A DNA stretch of 64,000 nucleotides from Chloroflexota bacterium (GTDB lineage: Bacteria > Chloroflexota > UBA11872 > VXOZ01). The DNA lies in contig OY760183.1 in the NCBI GenBank assembly GCA_963663275.1, forward strand, positions 1,376,001 through 1,440,000, in the 5' to 3' direction. Positions 18,290 to 28,535 of the stretch are shown here, piece after piece. The notes under the pieces are model-generated. The model was given only the letters and a program-made list of their open reading frames with translations. It did no database searches and was not told where the DNA came from. Every line of letters starts with the position of its first letter. Position 1 is the first letter of the stretch. The position numbers and the translations under genes were made by a program.

Positions 18290-18823
18290 TCAGTCCTGCT
18301 TCGGTTTCTCCAGGTCGTCCGCGTCCAGGGAGTTGATGAACTCGCGGAAGACGCCCAGGCTTTCCTCCAGTTCGGGGTCCGGCGGGTCGGCCTGGTCGGA
18401 TTCGTCTTCACCGTTACCGGCCTTCGTGGGGGTAATGCCCGCGGAATCCAGTACGCTTTCGGCAACGAGGATCGGCGCCTCTACGCGCACGGCCACGGCA
18501 ATGGCGTCGCTGGGCCGGGCGTCCACCTCCACGTGGCGGCCGTTGTGGTCCAGCACCACGCGGGCAAAATAGGTGCGGTCCGCCAGGTCGTTGATGAGGA
18601 CGCTGACGACGGTGGCGCCGAGGGATTCGACGAGGTTGACCAGCAGATCGTGGGTGAGAGGCCGGGGAAATGTGCGCTTGTGGAGCTTGATGGCGATGGA
18701 CTCGGCCTCGGCAATGCCAATGACGATGGCAAGATAGCGCTCCCGCTCCTTTTCGCGCAGGATGACGACCCGCGTCGGGTTGGAGGGGTTCTGCGGAATG
18801 CTTTGTATCACCATCTCGATCAT
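18290..18823 (-). CDS. Bifunctional nuclease family (DUF151) protein
   Basis: IGIAEA, PRPLTHDL, DARPSDAIAVA motifs. Confidence 0.92.
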   Translation of the reverse strand: MIEMVIQSIPQNPSNPTRVVILREKERERYLAIVIGIAEAESIAIKLHKRTFPRPLTHDLLVNLVESLGATVVSVLINDLADRTYFARVVLDHNGRHVEVDARPSDAIAVAVRVEAPILVAESVLDSAGITPTKAGNGEDESDQADPPDPELEESLGVFREFINSLDADDLEKPKQD

Positions 18824-18919
18824 GGTCGCGCTACCTTGGCGGCGGCTCTTTACGGGCCGCCGGGGGCTTCACCCAGGCCTCCAACGGCGCTGCGCGGGCG
18901 AAGCAAACTCCCCTTTAGT

Positions 18920-20146
18920 TTACTCTTCCGGCCGGTCTAGCTCAAATGCGCGGTGCAGCGCCTGCGCCGCCCGCCTGGCGTCATCCTCGTGCACCAGGCA
19001 CGTGATTCTGATCTCGCTCGTCGTGATGCTCTCGATGTTTATCGACGGCTCCGCCAGCGCGCCGAACATGCGCGCCGCCACGCCGGGGGTGCTCTGGATG
19101 CCGGTGCCCACGATGGAGACCTTGGCGAGATTGGCAAAGTGCAGCACGTCGGCGGCGCCCAGCGACTGGGAGGCGCCTTCCACCAACTCCAGCGTCTTCG
19201 CCAGGTCGTCGCGGGAGACGGTGAACGAAATGTCGGTAATGCCGTCGTGGCTGATGTTCTGCACGATTACGTCGATGTTGATGCTGTCGTCGGCCAGCGG
19301 CTGGAAAAGCCCGTGGGCAATGCCGGGACGGTCCGGAATGCCGAGCACGGAGACTTTGGCGACGTCGGTATCGACGGCGATGCCGCGAATGCGTTGGGCG
19401 TCTTTTTCCATATCCTCTCCTCGCGTAATCACGGTACCGGAATCGTGGTTGAATGAAGAGCGCACGGTGATGGGCATGTCGAAGAGTTCCGCCAGTTCCA
19501 CCGCTCTGGCGTGCATCACGCGCGCGCCGAGCTTTGCCAACTCCAGCATCTCCTCGTGGGCGATGCGGCTGAGTTTGCGCGCGGTGGGAATCAGGCGCGG
19601 GTCGGCGGTGTAGATGCCGTCCACGTCGGTGTAGATTTCGCAGGCGTCGGCTTTCACCGCAATCGCAATGGCGACGGCGGTGGTGTCCGAACCGCCGCGC
19701 CCCAGCGTGGTCACGTCCAGGTCGTGGGTCACGCCCTGGAAACCGGCCACGATGACGATGCGGCCTTGCGCGAGTTCCTGCTCCATCCGCGACGGGTCGA
19801 TGTCCACGATGCGCGCGCGGGAGTAGAACGAGTCGGTGCGTATGCCCGCCTGCTGGCCGGTGAGCGCGACGGCGTCGTAGCCCATGTCCCGCAGGCACAT
19901 GGAAAGCAGCGTGGAGGAGACGATCTCGCCGGTGGAAAGGAGCAGGTCCAGGTCGCGGCCGCCGGGCGCGCGCGATATCTGGTTGGCAAGCGCGATGAGG
20001 TCGTCGGTGGTGTCCCCCATGGCGGAGACCACGACGATCACGTCGTTGCCGGCGTCGCGGGCGGCGGCCAGGCGCGCGGCTACGTCCTTTATGCGCTCGG
20101 CCGTCGCCACCGAACTGCCGCCGTATTTCTGAGTCACTCGCGCCAC
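18920..20146 (-). CDS. lysC: Aspartate kinase
   Basis: QKYGGSSV, TTLGRGGSDTTA, YTDVDGIYTADPR, two ACT domains. Confidence 0.95.
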   Translation of the reverse strand: MARVTQKYGGSSVATAERIKDVAARLAAARDAGNDVIVVVSAMGDTTDDLIALANQISRAPGGRDLDLLLSTGEIVSSTLLSMCLRDMGYDAVALTGQQAGIRTDSFYSRARIVDIDPSRMEQELAQGRIVIVAGFQGVTHDLDVTTLGRGGSDTTAVAIAIAVKADACEIYTDVDGIYTADPRLIPTARKLSRIAHEEMLELAKLGARVMHARAVELAELFDMPITVRSSFNHDSGTVITRGEDMEKDAQRIRGIAVDTDVAKVSVLGIPDRPGIAHGLFQPLADDSINIDVIVQNISHDGITDISFTVSRDDLAKTLELVEGASQSLGAADVLHFANLAKVSIVGTGIQSTPGVAARMFGALAEPSINIESITTSEIRITCLVHEDDARRAAQALHRAFELDRPEE

Positions 20147-20416
20147 GTGTGCGCACTCCCTTTAGACAGTCAATACTCTCTGTGCCTTGCTCCCGCGCCG
20201 CCGCGCGGCGCGCGCTCACGGGGGACCGCCGCGCGCGTGGACGCTCGAGAGGAGCAATGCGCGCCAAGACGCGCCGCTGCCCGCCGCCCGGCCGGCGCGC
20301 TGGGATAGCGGCGGCGCGGTTGGCGGAGACCTGGGACATTTGCTACATTATATCATGCGTTAGCCGCCGCCAACGCCGGGTCGCATGGGCGCGGGCGGCT
20401 CTGTGGGAAGAGGCAG

Positions 20417-21394
20417 ATGTCATACACCGTCGTGTTGGCCGATCCCATTCACGAGCAGGGGATTGCGATTCTGGAGCAAATCGCGACCGTGCGCCAGGCA
20501 AGTCAAGGCGGCGGCCGGCCGGTTACGGATCAGGTGCGCGACGCCCACGCCGTCGTAACACGCCTCACGAAAGTGACGCCTGAACTTATCGACGCGGCGC
20601 CGCATCTGCGCGCCATTTCGCGGCACGGGGTGGGCGTGGATAGCGTGGACGTAGACCACGCTACGGCGCGGGGCATTCCGGTGCTCTATACGCCCGCCGC
20701 CAACGCCGAATCCGTGGCGGAGCACACGCTGGGCCTGATGCTGGCGGTGAGCAAGATGATTCTGCTGGGCGACCGCGCCCAGCGCAACGGCGACTTCCAA
20801 TCGCGCACCCGGCTGATCGGCCTGGAACTCTATGGCAAGACGCTGGGCGTTGTGGGCGCGGGCCGCGTGGGCGGCCGGGTGGCGCGCATGTGCCGCGCCG
20901 CGCTGGACATGCGCGCGCTGGCGTACGATCCATACCTCGCGCCGGACGACGCCCGCCTGCGCGGCGTGGAGCCGGTTGCCGATCTCGCCATGCTGTTGCA
21001 GGAGGCGGACTACATCTCGCTGCACGCGCCGCTCACGGCGGAGACGCGCGGCCTCATCGGCCCGCGCGCGTTCAACCTGATGAAACCGACGGCCATCCTC
21101 ATCAACTGCGCCCGCGGCGGCATCGTGGACGAAGAGGCGCTGGCAACGGCGCTGCTGGAAGGCCAAATCGCCGGCGCCGCCATCGACGTCTGGCAGCAGG
21201 AGCCGCCGCCCCACGACCATCCCCTCTTCGGCCTGGAAAACGTCATCGTCAGCCCGCACATGGCCGCCCACACCGAGGAGGCGATGATTCGCATGGCGAC
21301 GACCCTGGCGCAGGACGTCACCCGTGTCTTGCAAGGGGAGCGGCCCCATTTCTGCGTCAACCCGGAAGTTCTCACGTCAAATAGAGGCGGATAG
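20417..21394 (+). CDS. D-isomer 2-hydroxyacid dehydrogenase (SerA-like, no ACT domain)
   Basis: RHGVGVD, GAGRVG, INCARGGIVDE, SPHMAA motifs. Confidence 0.9.
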   Translation: MSYTVVLADPIHEQGIAILEQIATVRQASQGGGRPVTDQVRDAHAVVTRLTKVTPELIDAAPHLRAISRHGVGVDSVDVDHATARGIPVLYTPAANAESVAEHTLGLMLAVSKMILLGDRAQRNGDFQSRTRLIGLELYGKTLGVVGAGRVGGRVARMCRAALDMRALAYDPYLAPDDARLRGVEPVADLAMLLQEADYISLHAPLTAETRGLIGPRAFNLMKPTAILINCARGGIVDEEALATALLEGQIAGAAIDVWQQEPPPHDHPLFGLENVIVSPHMAAHTEEAMIRMATTLAQDVTRVLQGERPHFCVNPEVLTSNRGG

Positions 21395-21412
21395 CCGGAG
21401 GAGCGGACGCTC

Positions 21413-22246
21413 GTGGCAGCAATCGAACAATTCGTCGGCGCCCTTTCGCGGATGCACGATCTAAAGGGTGAGGCCGTGGTGATCAAGATCGGGGGCAACG
21501 TGCTGCCTCATCGCGAGGCGTTCTGTGACGATGTTAGAGCATTGTGGCAAGCCGGCGTGTTCACCGTCATCGTGCACGGCGGCGGCAAGGCTGTGACGGA
21601 TATGGAAAAGACCCTGGGACGGGAAGCGTCGTTCGTCCAGGGCTTGCGAGTCACCGATGGCGACGCCCTGGAGCTCGTGCAAATGGTTCTGGCAGGCAAG
21701 GTGAACAGTGACCTGGTCGCCATGCTCAACGCCCGCGGCATCCGCGCTATCGGCCTGACCGGCGCGGACGGCGAGCTTTTCTCGGCCAAGCCGCGCAAGA
21801 AGCCGGCCGGGCTTGGCTTCGTGGGCGAAGTCGATGAGGTGAATGTAGCCACGTTCGTAACGCTGGGCGAAGCCGGATTCGTGCCCGTAATCGCGCCGCT
21901 CGGCATAACGGAAGAAGGCCAACTCCTCAACATCAACGCCGACACGGTGGCGGGCGAAATTGCCAAGGCGCTAGCGGCACGGCACTTCATGCTGCTCACC
22001 GACGTGCCGGGCGTGCAGGACAAGAGCGGTGAGGTGTTGCCCGAGCTCACGTCCGCCAAGGCGCTGAGCCTCATCCGCAACGGCACCATCAGCGGCGGCA
22101 TGATACCGAAAGTGACCGCCTGCCTGGACGCGCTGGAGGGTGTGCCCTGCGCCCACATCGTCGACGGCCGCGAACCCCACGCGGTGCTGCGTCAGTTGCT
22201 GACGTTGGAAACTGTCGGCACCCAGTTCTTCGCTAAAGGGCGGTAG
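21413..22246 (+). CDS. argB: Acetylglutamate kinase
   Basis: VIKIGG, VHGGGK, GLRVTD, NINAD, GGMIPK motifs. Confidence 0.95.
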   Translation: MAAIEQFVGALSRMHDLKGEAVVIKIGGNVLPHREAFCDDVRALWQAGVFTVIVHGGGKAVTDMEKTLGREASFVQGLRVTDGDALELVQMVLAGKVNSDLVAMLNARGIRAIGLTGADGELFSAKPRKKPAGLGFVGEVDEVNVATFVTLGEAGFVPVIAPLGITEEGQLLNINADTVAGEIAKALAARHFMLLTDVPGVQDKSGEVLPELTSAKALSLIRNGTISGGMIPKVTACLDALEGVPCAHIVDGREPHAVLRQLLTLETVGTQFFAKGR

Positions 22247-22329
22247 GCGAGCAGAACCTCTTTCCCATGGCATCTTCCCTTGGGTGAGAGGAGCAAAAGG
22301 CCCCAATCGCTTCCTGGCGGAAAACCACA

Positions 22330-23097
22330 CTACAAACCGAACAGGCGCGCGGCGTTGTCCCGCGCAATCAGGCGGCGATCGCCGGCGCTGATGTTGGCGT
22401 GTTCGATTGCCAGTTTCGCGGCTTCGGGCACGTGGATCGGCAAATTCGAGCCGAAGAGCACGCGGTCGGCGCCCATCGCGGCGCAGAGTTTCTCGATGTC
22501 TCCCACCGGCCCTTGCACGCGCGAAATCTCTATGAAGAGGTTGCCGGTGTGCGCGGCTTGCGTCCAGACCGCGCTTTGCGCCGCGAACGTGCCGGCGGCA
22601 ATGAGAAAGCGCACGTCGGGATTGGCGGAGACCGCCGCCGCCAGTTGCGCGGCGGGCACGTCGGGAACCTTGATCAGCGGATGATGGTGGCGCGTGTCCT
22701 CGATGCCGGTGGTGAGAATCACGACGAAGCCTTGCGCGCGGGCCGTCTCCAAGACCGCCGCGCCCGCCGCTGAGTCCAGCGCGTACTGATGGTAATTCGG
22801 ATGCAGCCGCATCACGCGCATATCAAGGTCCCGCACACAGATGGCGAGGTCTTCTTCCCAGCCGGGGAAGGTCGGATTGATGGTGAACGCCGGCAGGAAG
22901 CGGTCCGCGTGGGCCTTCACTTGGTCGTGCAGTTGGCGGTTGCCGGCTAGCTGGTCTTTGTAGAAGACGTTTTCGAGCGGCGACACCACCGCCTTTTCGA
23001 TGCTGAGCGCGTCCATCTTGCCGAGCTGCGCGGTGGGCGTGGTATAGCGCAACGGGCGGAACGGCCAATTGCCCAGATAGGCGTTGGCGTCGATCAT
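22330..23097 (-). CDS. Amidohydrolase family protein
   Basis: MIDANAYLG start overlaps upstream stop (ATGA); RLHPNYH, VLFGS motifs. Confidence 0.85.
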   Translation of the reverse strand: MIDANAYLGNWPFRPLRYTTPTAQLGKMDALSIEKAVVSPLENVFYKDQLAGNRQLHDQVKAHADRFLPAFTINPTFPGWEEDLAICVRDLDMRVMRLHPNYHQYALDSAAGAAVLETARAQGFVVILTTGIEDTRHHHPLIKVPDVPAAQLAAAVSANPDVRFLIAAGTFAAQSAVWTQAAHTGNLFIEISRVQGPVGDIEKLCAAMGADRVLFGSNLPIHVPEAAKLAIEHANISAGDRRLIARDNAARLFGL

Positions 23098-23882
23098 GGC
23101 GCGCCTCCGTTCGCTTGCGCTTGGCGGGCGAAGAGCGCCTGCGCGTTGCGGTAGAGGATTTTCTGCCGTTCCTCCTCGTTCAGGTCCGCGCCGTAGACCT
23201 TGGCAAGCTGGGAGACCAGCGAGCGGCCCGGCGCGTCGCTGCCGAAGACGACGTGGTCGGCGGTCTCGTGCTCCACCAGGATTTCCACGTAGCCTTCGGT
23301 CGCTTCGCCGCCGCCCAGGTCCATGTAGACGTTGGGCAGGCCGCGGGCGCACTTGGCGCCGTATTCGTAGTCGCCGCCGCTGTGACCCCAGAAGAAGCTC
23401 ACGTCCGGGTGCCGCAACGCCAGTTCGCGCAGGTCCATGGGCGTGGATTCGCCGGGCAGGTTGCCGGTGACCTTGAACCACGTGTGCTGGAGCACCGGCA
23501 GTTTGTGTTCCGCGCAGAGGCGCATGATGGGGTCCAGGCGCGGGTCGTTGCAGCGCACTGCCACCCAGAGCTTGACGCCCTGCAAGCCCGCGCGCGCCGC
23601 CACCCGCTCCTCGAGTTCCCGGCAGGCGGACTCCTCGTGCGCCGGATTGAGGTACCACATGGGGATGATGCGCGCCGGATGGGCGTCCGCAAGTTCGGCG
23701 GTCCAGTCGTTGCAGCGCCTGATTTCGTCCTCGGTTGGGCTTTCGGACATGCCAGTACCGTCTTTGGGGGACAGGCTGTTCACGCAGAGCGTCACGTCGA
23801 GTTCTTCAGCTTGCTCCAGCAGGTAGGCAAAGCCCGCCGGGTCGGGCCCCAGCCGCGAATGGACGTGCACGTCGATGATCAT
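23094..23882 (-). CDS. Amidohydrolase_2 family protein
   Basis: IDVHVH, PVLQHT, GHSGG, VFGSD motifs. Confidence 0.9.
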   Translation of the reverse strand: MIIDVHVHSRLGPDPAGFAYLLEQAEELDVTLCVNSLSPKDGTGMSESPTEDEIRRCNDWTAELADAHPARIIPMWYLNPAHEESACRELEERVAARAGLQGVKLWVAVRCNDPRLDPIMRLCAEHKLPVLQHTWFKVTGNLPGESTPMDLRELALRHPDVSFFWGHSGGDYEYGAKCARGLPNVYMDLGGGEATEGYVEILVEHETADHVVFGSDAPGRSLVSQLAKVYGADLNEEERQKILYRNAQALFARQAQANGGAP

Positions 23883-23969
23883 GGAAATGGCCCTCTCAGC
23901 CCTTTAGCGGAGCACTCACTGGCGATTATACACCTCAAGCACAATCGGGTAGCCATACCGAAGTCCTCA

Positions 23970-25208
23970 TCAACCGGCTGCGCTCTTATCGGGCGCGCGG
24001 TGGTAACCCCGCGCCACCAGCATCGCCAGTAAGAACATGGGAATGGTGACCCCGACGCAAACGATGAACGGCAGCCGCAGGAAGACCGACACCAGCGCGC
24101 CGGAGATGAGCGTGCCCGCCAGGATGCCCACGGCCCAGAAGAACTCCGTAATGGCGATCAGGCGTCCTTGCTCCTCCAGCGGGCCGGCCTCCACCACCAG
24201 CTTCGGATAGAGCCCGGAGAACCACCACGCGCCCATGTTGGCCAGCAAGCCGCTGGCGGCCAGCGCCCACACGTTGTCGATGAAGAGCGTAATGAGCACG
24301 GCGCCGCTCAATACGAACACCGCGGCCAAGCGCACGGGCTGTTCGCGGCCGTGCTTGTCCGCCGCCCAGCCGATGACAAGCTGGGTCGGCCCGATGATGA
24401 ACAAGATCGCGCTGCCGTACAGCCCCACGAACGTAACCGAATCCGTGAGCCGGAAGATCTGCAGCACCAGGAGCAAATTCATCGTGCCGTAGAAGTACGT
24501 GGCGCTGAAGCGCAGGCCGCAGAGGGCGAGAATGCGCGAATCGCGCAGCATGCCCAGGTAATCCGAGAACGCCGCCTTGCTCGCCGATGCATCTTCACCG
24601 GACTCCGGTTCCTTCGGTTCGACTTGGACGGAAGGCAGCAACCAAGCGGTCAGAGGCACGAGCACGAGACCGGCAACGATGGCAACCAGGCCCAACACGG
24701 AAAACCCGGCCGTGTCGGCAATTCTGCCGCCTATAGCGCTGCCCACCGCCATGGAAATGGTAAGGCACAAGAAATAGAAGGCGCCGCCAATTCCCATCTG
24801 CGCCAAGGGCAACGCGCGCGCGAGATACGTGCGGCTGCCGATGGTCATGAATGAGAAGAGCAATCCGTAGATTGGCGCGATGGCCAGCAGCCACCACGGC
24901 GACTGCAAGCGCAGCATGAGCCCCACCGCAATTGCCCCGCAGAACCCCAGCACCAGCGTCCACTTGGCGCCCAGCCGGTCGGCCGACACGCCGCCGACCA
25001 GCAGCATGATCCCATAGATGACCGTATGCAGCGAGAGGACGAGCGCGGTGAAGAACGGCGGGCGCTCCAACACTTTTTCCACAAAGACCGGTATCAGGCC
25101 CTGCGCCGGGCTCATGAAGGTCAGGTTGAGAAAGAGGAGACCGAACATGATCAGGACCGAACGCCACGAAGCGAACTGTCCCATGCGCGCGCGCAACCTG
25201 GCAACCAT
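23970..25208 (-). CDS. MFS transporter
   Basis: About 12 hydrophobic segments; GVSADRLG and GWAADKHGR motif A; start approximate. Confidence 0.88.
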   Translation of the reverse strand: MVARLRARMGQFASWRSVLIMFGLLFLNLTFMSPAQGLIPVFVEKVLERPPFFTALVLSLHTVIYGIMLLVGGVSADRLGAKWTLVLGFCGAIAVGLMLRLQSPWWLLAIAPIYGLLFSFMTIGSRTYLARALPLAQMGIGGAFYFLCLTISMAVGSAIGGRIADTAGFSVLGLVAIVAGLVLVPLTAWLLPSVQVEPKEPESGEDASASKAAFSDYLGMLRDSRILALCGLRFSATYFYGTMNLLLVLQIFRLTDSVTFVGLYGSAILFIIGPTQLVIGWAADKHGREQPVRLAAVFVLSGAVLITLFIDNVWALAASGLLANMGAWWFSGLYPKLVVEAGPLEEQGRLIAITEFFWAVGILAGTLISGALVSVFLRLPFIVCVGVTIPMFLLAMLVARGYHRAPDKSAAG

Positions 25209-25255
25209 ACGCTGTACCTGCTTTCTGTTCCTGCGGGATGTCTTCCTCTGGTACG

Positions 25256-26575
25256 TTACGCGGTCTCGCGGGCCGCGGCCGGCGCGCCGGACACGGCCCG
25301 GTGCCCGCCGCGCGCCACAAGCATGGCAATGAAGAGCGTGGGGATGTTCAGCCACGCCGCCGCCAGGAACGGGCCGCTCAGGTGGAGGGTCAGGAGCGCC
25401 CCGGCGCCCAGAGCGCCCACCACCGCGCCAATGTTCCATGCCATTTCGGTGATGGCGACGAGGCGGCCTTGTTCATCGTGCGCGCCGCTTTCAGCGACCA
25501 GGAGCGGAAAGAGGCCGGAGAGCCACCACGCGCCCAAGTGCCCCACGAAAGCGCTGCAGACAAGCCCCCAGGCATGGTTGACGAAGATGGCCGCCAATAC
25601 CGCTCCGATGATGACGAGCACGGTAGACACCAAAACCGGCCGGCCGCTGCCCCACCGGTCCGCGGCCCAGCCTACCGGCATCATGGTGGTACCGATTGCC
25701 AGCAGGCTGACCGCGTAGAAGAGCGCCGGCGCTACGGGAGATCCGGTCAAGCGCAGGAGTTGGATGCCAATCACCAGTTGCCCGGTGGCCCAATAGATCG
25801 TCGGCAGGCCCCGGAGCAGAATCAAGAGTTGCACTGAGCGCCGCCGCGCCAAGTGCCAATAGCTGCCCAGGGTGACGGGAGCGGCGCTTACCTCCTTTGG
25901 CGCGACCGGCGGCAGCCAGATATGCGCGGCGATTGCGGTGACTATGCCCATAACGACGATGATTGCGCCGGCCAGAGGGAAACCGGAGCGCGCGGCGACA
26001 AAGCCAACGGCGGCGTTGCCGATGGCCGCGCCCAACGTAAAGCCAAGCTCATAGAGATTGCCGAGCAGTCCCATGCGCTTGAGCGGCACGGCCAGCACGA
26101 GATACGCCCGGCTGCCGGCCGCGTGGAATGCGAAGAACGTGCCGGTGAGGGCGGCAACGAGCGCCAGCAGCCAGACTTCCTGCGCTATGAGCAGGAAACC
26201 GGCAATGGCGGGCGTGAGCAACCCGATGATGAAGGTGCGCTTGGGACGGAACCGGTCGGCCAGAAAGCCGCCCAGCAACAGCATGGCCGCGAAGACGATG
26301 TGGAACGTGGATTGCACAATTGAGGTGACGATTGGCGCCGCGGCCAGTTCGCTCTCGACGTAGACCGGCAGTTGCGCCCGCGGCGGGTTGCCGGCCCCGA
26401 CGTTGAAGAAGAGGATGGCAAAGAACGCGGCCATCGCGATGAAGGAGAGGGAGTAGGCGTGGGCGGACGACGGCTTGCGCGCGGATGTCGAATCCCGCGC
26501 GGAAGACGGCGCCCCGGGCGCGGCGCGCTGCGCTGGATCGGTCGGTGCGGGCTGGGTTGGTTGAAAACGCTGCAT
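25256..26575 (-). CDS. MFS transporter (paralog of neighbour)
   Basis: GFLADRF, GWAADRWG; shared EQGRL.AITE motif; start approximate. Confidence 0.88.
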   Translation of the reverse strand: MQRFQPTQPAPTDPAQRAAPGAPSSARDSTSARKPSSAHAYSLSFIAMAAFFAILFFNVGAGNPPRAQLPVYVESELAAAPIVTSIVQSTFHIVFAAMLLLGGFLADRFRPKRTFIIGLLTPAIAGFLLIAQEVWLLALVAALTGTFFAFHAAGSRAYLVLAVPLKRMGLLGNLYELGFTLGAAIGNAAVGFVAARSGFPLAGAIIVVMGIVTAIAAHIWLPPVAPKEVSAAPVTLGSYWHLARRRSVQLLILLRGLPTIYWATGQLVIGIQLLRLTGSPVAPALFYAVSLLAIGTTMMPVGWAADRWGSGRPVLVSTVLVIIGAVLAAIFVNHAWGLVCSAFVGHLGAWWLSGLFPLLVAESGAHDEQGRLVAITEMAWNIGAVVGALGAGALLTLHLSGPFLAAAWLNIPTLFIAMLVARGGHRAVSGAPAAARETA

Positions 26576-26666
26576 TGAGCGCAAGTGTACCTGTCTAACC
26601 GGCTGCGGGCAAGTAACGGCGGCGAGCGAGTTTCGGCGGAGACAGGTGCTTTGCGCGAGTGGATTG

Positions 26667-26768
26667 GCCCGCGGCCGCTGTGCGCCATCGGTAATGCGGC
26701 AGAGCGGAGCGGGAATGCCCGCGGCCGCTGTGCGCCATCGGTAACTCGTCAGAGCGGAGCGGGTATGC
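26667..26768 (+). repeat. 50-bp tandem duplication
   Basis: gcccgcggccgctgtgcgccatcggtaa... at 26667 and 26717. Confidence 0.8.
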
Positions 26769-26783
26769 TTGCGGCACGGGCGT

Positions 26784-27668
26784 CTACGGCGGCGCTTCCG
26801 CCCGCGCCTCGTGGGCTTCGGAGACGATTGCGTCCAACGCCGGCGGCAACGCGGCGGCATAACGGAGGGAGAAGATCCGGGCCAGATGGCACGCCACACG
26901 GGCTTTCAGATCATCCATGTCGGTGGCGCTCGCTGAGTGAGCCGGCGCCGGCTCAGGCGCTGCGGCAGAATCGTTTACTAAGGAAGACTCCTGTGCGACA
27001 GACGACTGCGGAGCGACGGACGACTGGTGTGCAACGGACGACTCCTGTGAAACAGATGACTCCTGTAAGATGGAAGACTCCTGTGCAACAGACGTCATCG
27101 TAACCGCCGGCAGGCCGCAGGGCACGATGTGGGAGAAGTAGCTGAGGTCGGTGGTGACGTTCAGGGCAAAGCCGTGGCTGGTGATCCAGCGGCTGAAGCG
27201 CACCCCGATCGAGGCGATCTTACGGTCGCCAACCCAGACGCCGGTCTTGCCGGCCGCGCGCCGGGCGGGAATGCCGCTCTCCCGCAGCGCGTCGATGAGC
27301 GCCTGTTCGAGGCCGCGTAGGTAGCGGTGCACGTCCCGGTCGCGCCGCCGCAGATCCAGGATGGGATAGCCCACCAGTTGCCCCGGTCCGTGATAGGTGG
27401 CTTGCCCGCCGCGGTCCACCTCCACCACGGTCGCCCCCAGCGCCGCCAGACGCTCCGGCGGCGTTAGCACCTCGTTCTCGTTCCCCCGGCGGCCAATGGT
27501 AAACGTGTGCGGGTGCTCCAGCAGCAGCAGCACGTCGGGAATCACGTCCGCCTGCCGCGCCTCGACCAGACGCCGCTGCAACGCCCACGCCGCGCGGTAC
27601 GGCACGATACCCAGGTCTACCAGGGCGCAGGGATGGCGCTGCGACGCGCCCGTTTCGGCGCTCACCAT
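26784..27668 (-). CDS. lipB: Lipoyl(octanoyl) transferase
   Basis: LLEHPHTFT, DRGGQATYHGPGQ, KIASIG, HGFALNV, IVPCG motifs. Confidence 0.95.
   Translation of the reverse strand: MVSAETGASQRHPCALVDLGIVPYRAAWALQRRLVEARQADVIPDVLLLLEHPHTFTIGRRGNENEVLTPPERLAALGATVVEVDRGGQATYHGPGQLVGYPILDLRRRDRDVHRYLRGLEQALIDALRESGIPARRAAGKTGVWVGDRKIASIGVRFSRWITSHGFALNVTTDLSYFSHIVPCGLPAVTMTSVAQESSILQESSVSQESSVAHQSSVAPQSSVAQESSLVNDSAAAPEPAPAHSASATDMDDLKARVACHLARIFSLRYAAALPPALDAIVSEAHEARAEAPP
26982..27089 (-). repeat. Intragenic 18-bp tandem repeat x6 in lipB
   Basis: Encodes (VAQESS)-like hexapeptides. Confidence 0.85.
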
Positions 27669-27994
27669 TGGCGCTCCTCAAGCGCTGCGACCAGCGCGGG
27701 CACATGGTGCGTAACCGCCTGCCAAACGAGGTCTTTGTCAACGTAAGGGTCGACTTGCGCCAGTCTGTTGCGCATGTTGTCAATGTCCAGCCACGGGATA
27801 GCGGGATTCTCTTGGCGTGTTTCGGGTGAAACGTGCCGCGTGACCTCGCCTATGGTGTGCAAACAGTGCACGAGGGCGCGCGCCAACATGCGATTCGAAT
27901 CTAAATCCTCGCGCGTAGCGCCTTGGCAGAATTCGAGCGCTTCTTGCGCCACTTCCAGCATGTACCGTAGTCGCAAGTTGTCACGAATGTTCAT
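27662..27994 (-). CDS. hepT: HEPN/DUF86 family protein (RxxxxH motif altered)
   Basis: IGE, IPW..I..MRNRL, D.DLVW motifs; downstream of MNT gene. Confidence 0.85.
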   Translation of the reverse strand: MNIRDNLRLRYMLEVAQEALEFCQGATREDLDSNRMLARALVHCLHTIGEVTRHVSPETRQENPAIPWLDIDNMRNRLAQVDPYVDKDLVWQAVTHHVPALVAALEERQW

Positions 27995-28304
27995 AGACCG
28001 GGTATGCCGAATTCACCACTTCGTCACGAAAGTACGGGGAAAGTCCGAGCGGAGTGCGTATGTCTACCTCCCGCCCACCAAAGAGCGGCGAAAGCTCCCG
28101 CACGACCCGCGCCAGCGTGAAGTAGCCCGGCGTCCGCCCCGCCTCAAACTCCACCAGCACGTCAACGTCGCTGTCGGCCGAAAAATCCTCGCGCAGCACG
28201 GAGCCAAACAGCGCCAACGTGCGAATGTGATACCGCCGGCAGACTGCGGCGATCCGCTCTCGCGGCACGGGAATCTGTGGTGTGGCCTGTATCTGCTTCG
28301 CCAA
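27981..28304 (-). CDS. mntA: Minimal nucleotidyltransferase (MNT) antitoxin
   Basis: LFGSVLREDFSADSDVDVLVEF motif. Confidence 0.9.
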   Translation of the reverse strand: MAKQIQATPQIPVPRERIAAVCRRYHIRTLALFGSVLREDFSADSDVDVLVEFEAGRTPGYFTLARVVRELSPLFGGREVDIRTPLGLSPYFRDEVVNSAYPVYEHS

Positions 28305-28535
28305 GATTGATTCCTCTCATGCCTCCGGAATACCGTCGCTTGTGTTCAAACCTGCGGCGCCTTACGCAAATCGGGCGCCAGTCCTGCCGTCGGCACATCC
28401 TACACTGGACAAGTGCACTCCTTCTCATTATCGCATGACACACAAACGTGGTGTCTCCCGCGTGCCAAGTATGGATTGCAGCGCAAGAGCGAAACCGGGA
28501 GGCAACCGTATGGGGCTGGAGGCGATAGTCTAGCT

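Noticed and set aside
20147-20340. Lysine riboswitch upstream of lysC
   Set aside because: GC-rich leader, but no recognisable lysine riboswitch consensus
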